Shown: positions 19,901 to 28,455 of the stretch, in pieces | Layout of the letters: each line of letters begins with the position of its first letter | Numbering within the stretch: the stretch's first letter is position 1 | Source: a virus | Lineage: Duplodnaviria > Caudoviricetes | Strand: one strand, 5' to 3' | Length of the DNA stretch: 62,066 bases | IMG/VR virus record: IMGVR_UViG_3300005404_000004 | Span: 1 to 62,066 of that record | Translations under genes and position numbers: made by a program | Notes under the pieces: model-generated | Databases searched by the model: none | Told to the model about the DNA's origin: nothing | The model's input: only the letters and a program-made list of their open reading frames with translations

Positions 19901-20710
19901 TGTTTTACTAGCTCCTTTTATACCTGTTGTTGCTAAAGTACCTACGCCTTTACCAATACCCATAAAAGCAAAATCAGCAAGTGCAACAGAAAGACCTCTA
20001 CCTAAAAGCTTTGATTTTATATCTTTAACTTTTTCTGAGTCCTTTAAAACGGCTCTTACAGATTCTTTTGATAAATCACCATTGGTGTATTTCATTATTT
20101 CTTCTGCAATTTTACCCGCACCTTCCATCATACCACTTGTCGCAGCATAAGCTCCTCTTGTGGCTCCCCCTGCTGTTCCAGCAAATGCCCCTATTGCACT
20201 TCCCAAGGGTCCACCTATAGATCCAGCTGCAGCCCCAGCAGCGGCTCCAACACCCGCCCCTGCACCTGCTCCTAATGCTAATCTACCGGCAACTTCTTCG
20301 CCTCCTGTAAAAACTTCTCCAGCTGTTCTAATAGAACCGGCAAGAGAGCCTAATTGGGTTTGAATAGCAGCATAAAGATAACCGGGATTTTTAGTAACAG
20401 CTCTTATAGCAGCTAAAAAATCGCCCCCCTCTTCTTCAACAGCTTTTTGGTAGTCTAGCATAGCTTGACTCATTACTCCAGCCTCTTGCTGTTCTTTAAG
20501 TGCGGCTAAACCTTCATTTAATTTTTCTTCGTTTTCAGGCGCATCCGAATCTAATAAATCAAATAATTCTTCAACGTTTCCACCTGTAGTTGTATATTGA
20601 TTAAAACTATCGACAATACCTTCAAAAAAGCCAGCACCCTTTTCTTCTTGCTCCTTTTCAGGGAAAGGGTCAAATGGGTTAATTTCGTATGATCTATCAA
20701 ATGGATTCAT
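13937..20710 (-). CDS. giant internal virion/ejected multidomain protein (Gly zipper, HAD-like, C-terminal zincin HExxH)
   Basis: 2257 aa, positioned after pilot-like genes; motifs VFDFDDTL/LTARP/FADD and AHEKQH...PWE. Confidence 0.75.
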   Translation of the reverse strand: MNPFDRSYEINPFDPFPEKEQEEKGAGFFEGIVDSFNQYTTTGGNVEELFDLLDSDAPENEEKLNEGLAALKEQQEAGVMSQAMLDYQKAVEEEGGDFLAAIRAVTKNPGYLYAAIQTQLGSLAGSIRTAGEVFTGGEEVAGRLALGAGAGAGVGAAAGAAAGSIGGPLGSAIGAFAGTAGGATRGAYAATSGMMEGAGKIAEEIMKYTNGDLSKESVRAVLKDSEKVKDIKSKLLGRGLSVALADFAFMGIGKGVGTLATTGIKGASKTAKVARRAGQFAGEFTGEGVGGAVGEAVAQVAADEEFSPTDIVLEASGGLGAVLTTAASMADKSYVLNKQALTKNQFLDVVNDMNDNDVATAEIFTPNKDTDVANIVKEKRKKAIENNVDVFQQLTPGFIQEKRNEKVKEIVDLENTKKDLEKNNAPGVEIDAVNQEISDINKSLSENEAVLREQQNKLSNEDKLLLLNENAKFKYFDRKSKDKKSSEKQRDIADNQKKKAESVIIMTLFADPTQGVKQDSVERSQKTQEAFDKALESGKIKRVVDEGNGKTYNQIDGNTFNEIMDQQAPLINKVAKDNYSKIPVDLRKGTFEEYKMNLQAEVFKLLRTYNPESGVPLAAYLNNPRTGLPVRAMSKDAFENIADQEYTRDIDDLQVAETEATPQTVEDQIDIDNFNKDVNATSIADQLNLDESVKSEITRASKLALGTTKQKVDSLKFTTDIAKTLKNELYPILKEALGKNTKNNRQFSNLINNNAKLLYDSLRPESMAKARDVNLNPFEEVGMLKNNKKVAFEQVGLEKFKKYFDNAELAKTNKTKANNRRMAVLNSLAESLGAVEAENLLANNIDGITDIFIEKQKTLSDTIDNTIFNREELNEVAGAKNINEAAKVSGIENKITVDDNNREQKKSQMLQAIREAKIPSWIFEGSKFANFARRKVDGKYVDLPARGGLYYGSKDPSYQEALALAKTFDKEYNISKPKRVSIVKAFTKEGQKQGQDNLIALEFMANKLAEAVANNQMPVEIAALFISSGYQATTGIIKIAAPFRYKSKIMEYGLSGKQRIGEKFREEHNPPASVIGANLIWAIANNKVSVVMPSIKENYYQTQLSKKDDEKIDAAKLDSVMPKGKSILDNSAVRLSASGIDLNSLINPITNKTLAQELNVEGPSTPDGIEASNNAVLEDNFELLIERAIQSIKTLQGDPGSLQTNIAAIPSFLLINSLRTVKLAYRGGKTLAKAIEAGYNVVKDYLTKQEYQNFVQQSVYASDAKTGSAKKQLAILNEKGVAKVQEKARQKNKQDLKSFGVEAEGLSTKQIINKLDVLKQAKVVASNKKAPVKKARVFDFDDTLAQSNSKVGYTLPDGTEGTLTPAEFAERSGELSEAGAEFSFDEFNKVVEGKKGPLSLLAKKFVEAKGERDIFVLTARPAESANAIKEFLRAGLGISVPLENITGLADGKPGAKAYWMAEKVSEGYNDIFFADDAPQNVAAVNKMLNNLGVKNKTQVAKEPTKASLEDQMDSILRSKKPTKGSLLRRFNVYVPPGADDFVGLLYTFLDKGKVGETQMKFFQDNIMTPFAKGISAYESSKVALAKDYKELSKRYKNKDLLKETILDGLYTKEQAVRAYNYDNAGQDLGINETDKNELLLAVMQDDNLLAFADELSKITKIKEGYPQITEDWLGGNIQTDLANVSNKAQRAEFLQEFLNNKSEVFSSQNMKLIDQMHGNDFTDALKNVLERMSTGINRKKGKDKEFNAAMNWLNQSVANVMAVNIRSAVLQQLSIVNFMNFTHNNPLAMARAMGNTSQFTSDFLELINSDFLTDRRGGQKIEINTADLADSQPGNWFLRTNKKLLELGFKPTQWGDSFAIAFGGATWYRNKINQLVEGGKSEVQAKEQAMLELQEIAEETQQSSRPDRISRQQASDIGRIILAFANTPLQYARLTKKATLDLINRRGDWKTNASKILYYGVAQNLIFSAMQSALFSMLFDETSDEEDEKRLSYYSNSVFDGFLRGMGYSGAAISALKNLGMEYMSQQERKAQGKVVRDGSLRLIQKGLSISPPLSKKIGDIVEAQKFENWRQYKNDPFYDGFAKANYLAALTNVPLDRAFKKAENLKAMDFDKNDAWQNLFLALGWSPYQLNLDTKKKSTGKIAVPGVSGGYINPFKKVKNAKLPGGAIGRANKDGTIEISPDLKGQERKEVIAHEKQHMKDMNAGILNYDDKFVYWKKNKYPRVGNHINYKGKFLPEGHIKLPWEARANKAEKTNS

Positions 20711-20719
20711 ATATATTAT

Positions 20720-22339
20720 TTAGTTTAATCTTCCTTCAGGAAATTTCATTAAGCTTCTAGCAAATTTTTGAAAATTTGATCTATTAGGTTTTTCTTTATT
20801 TTCTTGTTTTTTGGCATAGGTTATTGGTATTTGCCTAAGCTTATTTTTACTAAAGCCCATATCTAAAAGCTCAGCTGGACTTACTCCATGCCCTACTCCA
20901 TAATAAAAAAGAAAATCGTACATATTATTAATAGGTTCTTCCCTGTCTTGACCCTCTTTGTTTTGACCAATTGCAAATAATTTACCGTCTTTAAATTCAA
21001 AATTCACATTATCCCCAGTGTCCTGGTTTAAATTTGTTATTACACTTGAATCTGAAAAATCAGGTATTTTTTCTGTTCCAAAGCCTAAAGCACTTAAATC
21101 AGCCTGAAGCAGTTTTTGTCTACTAGCCATTTGCCTTTCGGTTAATGTACCGCGTCCACCTCCGCCGCCTGTTGCTCTTGCTTGAGTATTGAGCATTTTT
21201 TGTCTTTCTAGTTGCAGTTGTTCTTCTTTAAAGTCTCTTTCCGCTTGCAACTTACTTTGTAATTCGTTGTCTCTAGTTTGAGCAGCGGCTGTTTTAATAA
21301 ACTCTTTTTCCATTTCAAACTCTAATCGACTTGAAAATCTTTCACCTACCATGCTAGGAGTTTTATTAGGAGTAAAAAATGGAGAATCTTGATCATCAAG
21401 TTCTTCTGCAGTAAAATCGTCAACTGTTGGTGTATAAGGGCCGCTATCTAACATAGACTGCATTTGTTCCATATCATACCCTAAATGGTCCATAGCTAAT
21501 GACTTAAGCCCATTGTTTCCTTGTACTTTCACAAAATCGTCAAAAGCACCTCTCACACCTGAAGAAAAATCACCGTCAGATAAATTTGCATTTGGAGAAA
21601 CTATTATTGTTTTACCATCAACAAATTTTTCTTTAGGAACACTCATAGTGTCCGCTATAGTTTTTGTTAAGGCAGGAAAAGGGTCAACCTTTTTTATAGG
21701 CTGAGGTACAGCTGCTAATTGATTTATTGGTATACTAAATGGCTCAGTATTGCCATCCGCGTCTTCTGCTGTTTTACCTTGGTAAACTAAAACACCATTA
21801 TCATCTAAAAACAAATTACCTTTATCTTGAGATATAGCTTCGTAAAGATTTTCATACATGTCTTGATTAGCCGCACTTAGTGTTCCATTAGCTAAATCAG
21901 TACGGTAATTAGTCATCATAGTTTTTAAACCGGCTGCAAAAGGTTTTAACTGATCTACTTGGCTAGAAATAGTGCTGTATCTTTGAGCAAATTGGTCTGA
22001 GGTTATTTCATTATTAGAAAGTTGAGAAACTAAAGTAGAAGCTTCGTCTGCTAGTCCTCTGCCTGCTTGCCTAAAATAATCGTCTATTGAAGAATAACCA
22101 GAATTGGAGTCAATCATCAACCCTTTCTGTTGCTCGGCTTTAAGCATACCAAGCCTGTAATCTCTAGCTTGATCTAATTTTTGTTGCCTTCTTTCTTCTC
22201 TAAAACTTTTTTGTCTTTTATCAAATCTGTCTATGCTGCTATCAACAGTTCTAGCGATAGCATCGTAGTCCATTGTACGTGTATCGAGTTGGGTTGCTAG
22301 CCTTGCTAGATCTCCCGGTTTTTTTAAAGGACTTCCCAT
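20720..22339 (-). CDS. putative internal virion (ejection) protein
   Basis: 539-aa helical protein between the pilot-like gene and the giant core gene. Confidence 0.55.
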   Translation of the reverse strand: MGSPLKKPGDLARLATQLDTRTMDYDAIARTVDSSIDRFDKRQKSFREERRQQKLDQARDYRLGMLKAEQQKGLMIDSNSGYSSIDDYFRQAGRGLADEASTLVSQLSNNEITSDQFAQRYSTISSQVDQLKPFAAGLKTMMTNYRTDLANGTLSAANQDMYENLYEAISQDKGNLFLDDNGVLVYQGKTAEDADGNTEPFSIPINQLAAVPQPIKKVDPFPALTKTIADTMSVPKEKFVDGKTIIVSPNANLSDGDFSSGVRGAFDDFVKVQGNNGLKSLAMDHLGYDMEQMQSMLDSGPYTPTVDDFTAEELDDQDSPFFTPNKTPSMVGERFSSRLEFEMEKEFIKTAAAQTRDNELQSKLQAERDFKEEQLQLERQKMLNTQARATGGGGGRGTLTERQMASRQKLLQADLSALGFGTEKIPDFSDSSVITNLNQDTGDNVNFEFKDGKLFAIGQNKEGQDREEPINNMYDFLFYYGVGHGVSPAELLDMGFSKNKLRQIPITYAKKQENKEKPNRSNFQKFARSLMKFPEGRLN

Positions 22340-22340
22340 A

Positions 22341-23456
22341 TTAACCCATTAATGTGCTCATTATACCGCCTCCTGGGGAAAGAGCCGCTCCTATTCCGCC
22401 AACTAAAGCAGTTTTTGCATCCTTTCTTGCTTCATCTGCAGAAGCTTTTCTGCCAGAAGCAATCCCAAACAAATCTTGCATTTGACCATATTGATTTTGC
22501 TGGGCCATTTCTGTAAACTTAGCCCTATTAAGAGCCATTTGATTTGCCGCACTAGCACCAAATTCTGCTGCTCTATTTTGAGCATCCATACCCGCTAAGC
22601 CAAATTGTCCAGCCATACGTAATTGGTCTCTTGTTAAATCTTGTTGCTGTCCAACGTTAAACATATTCATTCTGTTTGCCGCATCAAATCCTTGTAGCCC
22701 AAATTGATTCATACCTGAAGCACCAAACTGAGCAGCTTGATTAGCAGCCGCTGCGCCAAATTGTGCCGCTTGATTTTGTGCCTGCGCAGTAAACTGTCTA
22801 GCTTGATTATCTTGACCAACATTAAATTGTTGCTGACCTAAATCAAATTTTGAAGCTAAATTTTCTTGTGCAAGTTGGTCTTTTTGCAACTGGCCTTCGG
22901 CTTGTGCTCTTAACATTTCATTTTGTTTAACTTGCTTGTCAATATCAGCTGATATACCCGCTTTAGCTTTTGCGGCTCCAGCTACAAGAGCGGTAGCCCC
23001 ACCGCCACCGGTCCCCGCTTGTGCTACTAAGTCTTGTTGGGCGGCTAAAGTATCATCAATCTCTTGAGCCTTCATTTCTGCGCCCGCAGTACTAACTTGA
23101 AGGTTATTCATTGTGTTGGCTAAACCCGCATCTTCACCTCTCATTAATTGACCTACATTAGTTTGCGCAGCATTATATCCAGTAGCATCATAGCCTTGCG
23201 CTTCATACCCTGCAGCTTCCCCCAGTTCTCCCATTTGCGATTGAGCTGGACCTCCTAAGCCTAAACTTTCTATTGTAGGAGCCGCATTAACAGTTGCGTC
23301 ATAGCCTTGACCTACTAACCCTTCGCCTACATCTTTAAATTTAAAATTTTGTAATTTACTTTTAATCGCGCCAAACTCTTTGTTGGCGGCCTTTTGTTCT
23401 CTTCTTCTTTTTCTACCTCCAAAAAGAGAAGCAACACCTCCTACTATTGCACCCAT
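22341..23456 (-). CDS. putative DNA pilot/ejection protein
   Basis: Gly-hydrophobic N-term MGAIVGGVASLFGG + RKRRR, Q/A-rich repeats (NQAAQFGA), Gly-rich C-terminus. Confidence 0.65.
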   Translation of the reverse strand: MGAIVGGVASLFGGRKRRREQKAANKEFGAIKSKLQNFKFKDVGEGLVGQGYDATVNAAPTIESLGLGGPAQSQMGELGEAAGYEAQGYDATGYNAAQTNVGQLMRGEDAGLANTMNNLQVSTAGAEMKAQEIDDTLAAQQDLVAQAGTGGGGATALVAGAAKAKAGISADIDKQVKQNEMLRAQAEGQLQKDQLAQENLASKFDLGQQQFNVGQDNQARQFTAQAQNQAAQFGAAAANQAAQFGASGMNQFGLQGFDAANRMNMFNVGQQQDLTRDQLRMAGQFGLAGMDAQNRAAEFGASAANQMALNRAKFTEMAQQNQYGQMQDLFGIASGRKASADEARKDAKTALVGGIGAALSPGGGIMSTLMG

Positions 23457-23857
23457 TAGTATTTTAATATTAATTCGTAAGAAGGACTTTTATCTTTCGT
23501 AAAGCCCAGTTTTTCATATTTTTCTAACAAAACTCCAGGTTTTGCCCAAGCAAAAGAGTATTTAAACCCTAAGTGTTTAGCAGCGTCTGTAGTAAAATCT
23601 AATAAAAGTTGCAATGCATCACTTCTGTCTTTTTGTTTGTAATCTTTATCACTTACAAGTACAGCTGGAATTGCAGTCTTACTATTTGTTTGGTATAACC
23701 ACATGGCAGCAATAGGCACGTCCTTTTTAACGATAAACCCGCTTAAGCCATTTTCTGGTAAAAACTCCCGAGGTGGTGGATCTTGATTATATTTTTTCCA
23801 CCAAGAGGGGAGATAACTCCAATCCTCTTCTTTAATTTGAGTAATATTTAATTTCAT
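23456..23857 (-). CDS. GNAT-fold protein (virion-module acetyltransferase-like)
   Basis: ALQLLLDF...AKHLGFKY...YEKLGF; position analogous to T7 gp13. Confidence 0.6.
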   Translation of the reverse strand: MKLNITQIKEEDWSYLPSWWKKYNQDPPPREFLPENGLSGFIVKKDVPIAAMWLYQTNSKTAIPAVLVSDKDYKQKDRSDALQLLLDFTTDAAKHLGFKYSFAWAKPGVLLEKYEKLGFTKDKSPSYELILKY

Positions 23858-23860
23858 AGA

Positions 23861-24100
23861 TTAATTTGATGAATATACCGCTTCAGAATTTAAAGCAAAT
23901 AATTCTGCCGCATTTATTGATTTATCTGTTGATAACTTAATACGAACGCGCATAAATGTTCCTTTTGCTCCTGACACAAGTTTAGTTGCATCCGCTACAA
24001 CCGCACCGTTAGAAACTTTATAAGTTGTTTCTTCAGATACTATTGGAGCAAAGTATTTACCTTCTTTTTCTTGAAAAGGAAACTTAATTATTGTACTCAT
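23861..24100 (-). CDS. small protein resembling the C-terminal end of the tail nozzle/stabilisation protein
   Basis: FQEKEGKYFAPI...KGTFMRVRI...ELFALNSEAVYSS; TAATG-coupled to the nozzle gene. Confidence 0.6.
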   Translation of the reverse strand: MSTIIKFPFQEKEGKYFAPIVSEETTYKVSNGAVVADATKLVSGAKGTFMRVRIKLSTDKSINAAELFALNSEAVYSSN

Positions 24101-27100
24101 TATGCATTTTGTGTTATAGTTATTGTTTGATTAGCCACCGCAGAACCAGTAACTCTTGCATTCTCAAATTTAGAAATAGTTACTGTTGCTGTTCTTTGAG
24201 AACCAGTCGTATTGTCTGCTACACCTATTGTAAAAGGATAATTAGACCCAGAAAGAGTTATACCATCGGGATCAACAATTTTAGTTCCAGCAGAGCCATT
24301 TAATAATACCCACGTTTGATTTGCAGATATTTGTATTGGTATTGTAGCCCCGTTTGAATTTGTTATACTTACCGGTGTACTACCTGTTGCAGCAAAATTT
24401 GCAGGATTAGAATATGTTCCCACAGAAGCTGTTACTTCACCTGAGCCTGTTATAGTAGCTGTTGCAGTAGTATTTTCTGAAACAGCAGGTAAAACAATGT
24501 TATATTGCAAATACTCTTGCGAAGCCCCATCAATACCCGCAGCGCCAATAGCAGCGCCGGGCACATTATATGTTAAGCTGTGACCGTTAGGTAAAAACAC
24601 TTTTGTTGTTCCGGTAGCGGTCCATCTAAGCGTAGCGGTTCTTCTTGAAGCTGCATCATATGGGCTTATTGCATATGCTGTATTAACAGAAGTGTTTGCA
24701 GGTGTAGTTAAAGCTCCACTTGCAGGTGTAGCCCAAGTTAATTGAGGTAATATAGTGGCAGACCCACTTATACCTAAAGAATTATTAGTTGCAGTTGCAG
24801 GGACTGTTATAGGAAATCCTGCTATAACATTGCCATTACTATAGCTTAAATTAAACGGCACCATATTAGTACTACCACCCATTCCTGAATGATTAGAACA
24901 ATAGTAATACAATGTAGGCGTATTTGAAGCTATTACTATTTGTGTGTATGCACCTGCTGAACCAGGAGTTCCATTATAAGTTACCCCGGTAGTATATTCA
25001 GTACCACTTGCATGAGTACCATTTGGAGTTGTACTAAATTTTAAAGGGTGTCCCGCGTTTGAGCTATTACTTTGATCAAATTTATAAGTTTTGCCTTTAG
25101 TTAATGCTAATACTGGTTGTTTTAAATAATCAATATTATTACTTGCATCATCTATTGCATATTTATTTGAGCCATAATTTCTAACAATTACATTTTTAGT
25201 AATAATTGAAGATGTGATAGCGGCCGCTTGAGTTAATCCTGTTATATTAGCCGATATTAGGCCTGGATCTATGTAATAAGTGCTAATGGGAGAAATTGTA
25301 ACATTTAAATTATTTGTGCCTGCTGTAGTATACGTTGCTAAAGCTGGGCTAACGTTACCGTTAGTTACAGAATCTGCTACACTTATAGTTAATAAATTAA
25401 TTTCAAAGATAAGACCAGCACCAACACCTCCTATATTTGCAGTTTTTGTTTCATCGTTTGCTCCAGCCGTATAACTTATTTTAAATACTAAATTCCCATT
25501 TGTAACAGCGGAAGGGTTTATTATATTTAATCCGCTTCCTGTTAATGTTATATCATTTGTATTATTAAATTCAAAATCAGCATTTTTTGGCTTAGCTGTC
25601 ACTACCCATTCTATAGTTTCGCCCTGCTTAGCATAAATAGTTTGTTCTCCTATAATTATGCTATTATTGGCAGCACCAGAAAGTTGTAATGTTATTGCAT
25701 AATAATTTTCTAAAGCAGGTTCTGAGCCTACAGAAGAAATATCCGTTTGCATAAAATCTAACTCCCAACCTGTTGTTCCCTCATAACTTATATTATTAAA
25801 TGTTTTAACCGTAGATGGGCTATCGTTCAATATAGGCTCTATATATGATTCTGCAGCAGTAGCACCGTAAAAAGTATTTCTATTAACAGTTTCGTCATTA
25901 TGCTGCCATAGTTTACCTGAGTTAAAAGTATAATATATATTATTTAAGCTTAAACCACCTTCTTGCTTATAAGATTTAAAACTTGTCCACCCTTGTGCTC
26001 CTTCATCAAATGATATTGTAAAGTAATTGTCTGTAGCAGTGGCTACATTGGTGTCTTTAAACCCGCTAAAACCTTTACCAATTAATGTAACATTGTAAAG
26101 GTTGTTATATTCATCATATGATCCAATAACTTCATCTGACTTAGCTAAAGCGTCTCTAAAAAAGTCACTCATGCCCATATTAGATATTTCAACTAAGCCA
26201 TTTTGAGACAACCTCATAACACTTCCCCTACTTTTATCAGTAAAGTATTTTGCATACCCATAATAAGCAAAAGATTTAGGATTTTTTGATATACCAAATT
26301 CACCCGCATATGGAGCGATTGTGCCTAAAAATTGTGTATTTGTAGTCACAGGTATTGCCCCACCTTCAGCCGAATATATAAAGTCTTTATTAACAGGAGA
26401 TCTTGATACTTTATCTTCTTGAAACACAACTATTTGAGTATCATCAGCAAACAACTTTTGTATAGACCCGTCTTGAGGATCTAAAGATATTGTTATGCCA
26501 CCTTCAGCTTCATTAAACTGATTTATATAGTTTATGTTTGTTCTTGAATTAAATAATCCGCTTGAATGTATAAGAGTGTTAAATCTTCTTTCTTCAGCAA
26601 AATTTTCTTTTACCACATAAGCTCTAACACCTACATCAAAAGCTTTTTCATTAAATCCAGCTCTTAGCCTATTTATTTCAATATGTGTACCGGAACTAAA
26701 AGTTAATAAATAACAATTGTAAAATTGAATATCAATTGCAGTAGTTGTAAGAGCTGATATTAAGCCTCCTGTAGATGTTTCAAAAAATACGTCTAAGTTT
26801 GACTCAAAAGGTTCTGTTTCAAATACAGCAACACCCGATGTTACAGAATCCGTAGGGACATTAGCCGTTCCTGCAGGATTATTTATAGATTGTACTTTAG
26901 TTAAACTAGATGTTGTTTTATTAACGCCTCCTAATATTTTAGGGTATACAGCAGTATCACATGGCGATATTGTAGCGCTAGTGCTAGGGGGTATTACGGC
27001 TGTTTGATCTCTTGGTATTTTATTAATACTGTCTCCAAACCTATTTACCACATTTGAAGAAGCCACGGTAGAAATCCAATTGTAATATTCTTGCTCTCTT

Positions 27101-28452
27101 TGCTTTACAACAATTCTATACGAATAACACCAGTCTAATGCTTGTAAAGCTGTTATGGTAGATTGCGAAAATGCTATACGCAACGAATTAAATACGCTGG
27201 TACTATCCGCTTCACCTGTAGCCGCATCAATAAATACCGTGTCACCGCCAGTTTCAGAAAGCAATACAGGTGTTTGTCTTCCAAACTTATCAGCAAGAAC
27301 AATTCCAACCTGGTATGTTCTTCTTGACTTTACAGACATTCTATCATCTAAAGCTGTATATCTAGCAGAGGCTTCACCCGTTCTGCTTACTGTAAATGAT
27401 ACTTTTGGTATATTAAAATTTTGTAAATAATTACCATATACTAGTCTACCACCTGCTAATTCTTGAGATTTAGCAAGCCTTGGTACTGCGTCAGATACTC
27501 TAGTTAATTGATCTGAAGGTAGAGTTTTAAAAGGATCTTGAGATTTATAAAAAAAGTTTACGCTTGTTTCTGAAGTTAAAACTTTACTTTCTACAACGTA
27601 CAAAGCACCGCTACCGGTTTCTTTATATATTAACTCGACCTTATTAATTCCTAATTCAGCTGGAGTAGGGACTGATAATTGAACAGATTTTATAGCATTT
27701 ACAAATGTTTCAATTTCTCCAAAATCTTGAATATTTGTAGCAATTGCATCAGCTTGGTTTAATCTTGAAAAACATATAGGAGTAAACGGAGCCAATACAC
27801 TGTATTCACCATCTTCAAACTGGTATCTATAAGAAAATCTAATTAATTTATTTTCAAGAAAATTTGAAGTAATTACATTACCCTGCTCGTCTGAATCAGA
27901 AACGCCAATTATATTTGCTGCAATATAGGGTGCATATTTAGCAACAGAAATTACATCGTCAATATTTGTGGCTAAATTATACCTACCTGGAGTATTTCTA
28001 GCTGTTTCAACATTTATTTTTCTTGGAGGATTTCTATCATCTGTAAAAAACAAAAGTTCATCAACTAAATTTATTCCGGTAATTAAATAATTTTGATGAA
28101 AGTTTAGTGCAGCACTATTAACTAAAACAGTGCCTTTGTTTGCTTTTTGATTATATTCTATTATTTGATGATTACCGCTATTTATTTCGTTATATGAAGA
28201 ATTTGTAGTAATAAAATAATATATTCTTTCATTGCCGTTATCTCTATATTCGCCTATAACTTTTGCACCAGACAAGCTGGTATCATTAATTAGTTTATTC
28301 CCTAAAATATTTTCAACCGCGCCTATATCTGCACTTTCTGACTTGCTAACATTTATATTCAATGCTTCTCGGTATTCACCGGACTTAAGCATTTTGTCAT
28401 CTAAATCGCGATTCATTTTGCTCGCGTTAAAGAGTCTTTTAATTTCTGGCAT
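24100..28452 (-). CDS. tail nozzle/stabilisation protein (P22 gp10/T7 gp12-like) with appended adhesin domains
   Basis: KMNRDLDD...GEYREALNI, LFFTDDRNPPRKIN, RFSYRY, RLVYGNY, YFTDKSRGSVMRLS; C-terminal cupredoxin-like and BACON-like domains. Confidence 0.75.
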   Translation of the reverse strand: MPEIKRLFNASKMNRDLDDKMLKSGEYREALNINVSKSESADIGAVENILGNKLINDTSLSGAKVIGEYRDNGNERIYYFITTNSSYNEINSGNHQIIEYNQKANKGTVLVNSAALNFHQNYLITGINLVDELLFFTDDRNPPRKINVETARNTPGRYNLATNIDDVISVAKYAPYIAANIIGVSDSDEQGNVITSNFLENKLIRFSYRYQFEDGEYSVLAPFTPICFSRLNQADAIATNIQDFGEIETFVNAIKSVQLSVPTPAELGINKVELIYKETGSGALYVVESKVLTSETSVNFFYKSQDPFKTLPSDQLTRVSDAVPRLAKSQELAGGRLVYGNYLQNFNIPKVSFTVSRTGEASARYTALDDRMSVKSRRTYQVGIVLADKFGRQTPVLLSETGGDTVFIDAATGEADSTSVFNSLRIAFSQSTITALQALDWCYSYRIVVKQREQEYYNWISTVASSNVVNRFGDSINKIPRDQTAVIPPSTSATISPCDTAVYPKILGGVNKTTSSLTKVQSINNPAGTANVPTDSVTSGVAVFETEPFESNLDVFFETSTGGLISALTTTAIDIQFYNCYLLTFSSGTHIEINRLRAGFNEKAFDVGVRAYVVKENFAEERRFNTLIHSSGLFNSRTNINYINQFNEAEGGITISLDPQDGSIQKLFADDTQIVVFQEDKVSRSPVNKDFIYSAEGGAIPVTTNTQFLGTIAPYAGEFGISKNPKSFAYYGYAKYFTDKSRGSVMRLSQNGLVEISNMGMSDFFRDALAKSDEVIGSYDEYNNLYNVTLIGKGFSGFKDTNVATATDNYFTISFDEGAQGWTSFKSYKQEGGLSLNNIYYTFNSGKLWQHNDETVNRNTFYGATAAESYIEPILNDSPSTVKTFNNISYEGTTGWELDFMQTDISSVGSEPALENYYAITLQLSGAANNSIIIGEQTIYAKQGETIEWVVTAKPKNADFEFNNTNDITLTGSGLNIINPSAVTNGNLVFKISYTAGANDETKTANIGGVGAGLIFEINLLTISVADSVTNGNVSPALATYTTAGTNNLNVTISPISTYYIDPGLISANITGLTQAAAITSSIITKNVIVRNYGSNKYAIDDASNNIDYLKQPVLALTKGKTYKFDQSNSSNAGHPLKFSTTPNGTHASGTEYTTGVTYNGTPGSAGAYTQIVIASNTPTLYYYCSNHSGMGGSTNMVPFNLSYSNGNVIAGFPITVPATATNNSLGISGSATILPQLTWATPASGALTTPANTSVNTAYAISPYDAASRRTATLRWTATGTTKVFLPNGHSLTYNVPGAAIGAAGIDGASQEYLQYNIVLPAVSENTTATATITGSGEVTASVGTYSNPANFAATGSTPVSITNSNGATIPIQISANQTWVLLNGSAGTKIVDPDGITLSGSNYPFTIGVADNTTGSQRTATVTISKFENARVTGSAVANQTITITQNA

Positions 28453-28455
28453 ATA

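Noticed and set aside
22560-23260. Short repeats in the pilot-like gene as a DNA-level repeat element
   Set aside because: They are degenerate codon-level reflections of the NQAAQFG and GYDA peptide repeats typical of ejection proteins.
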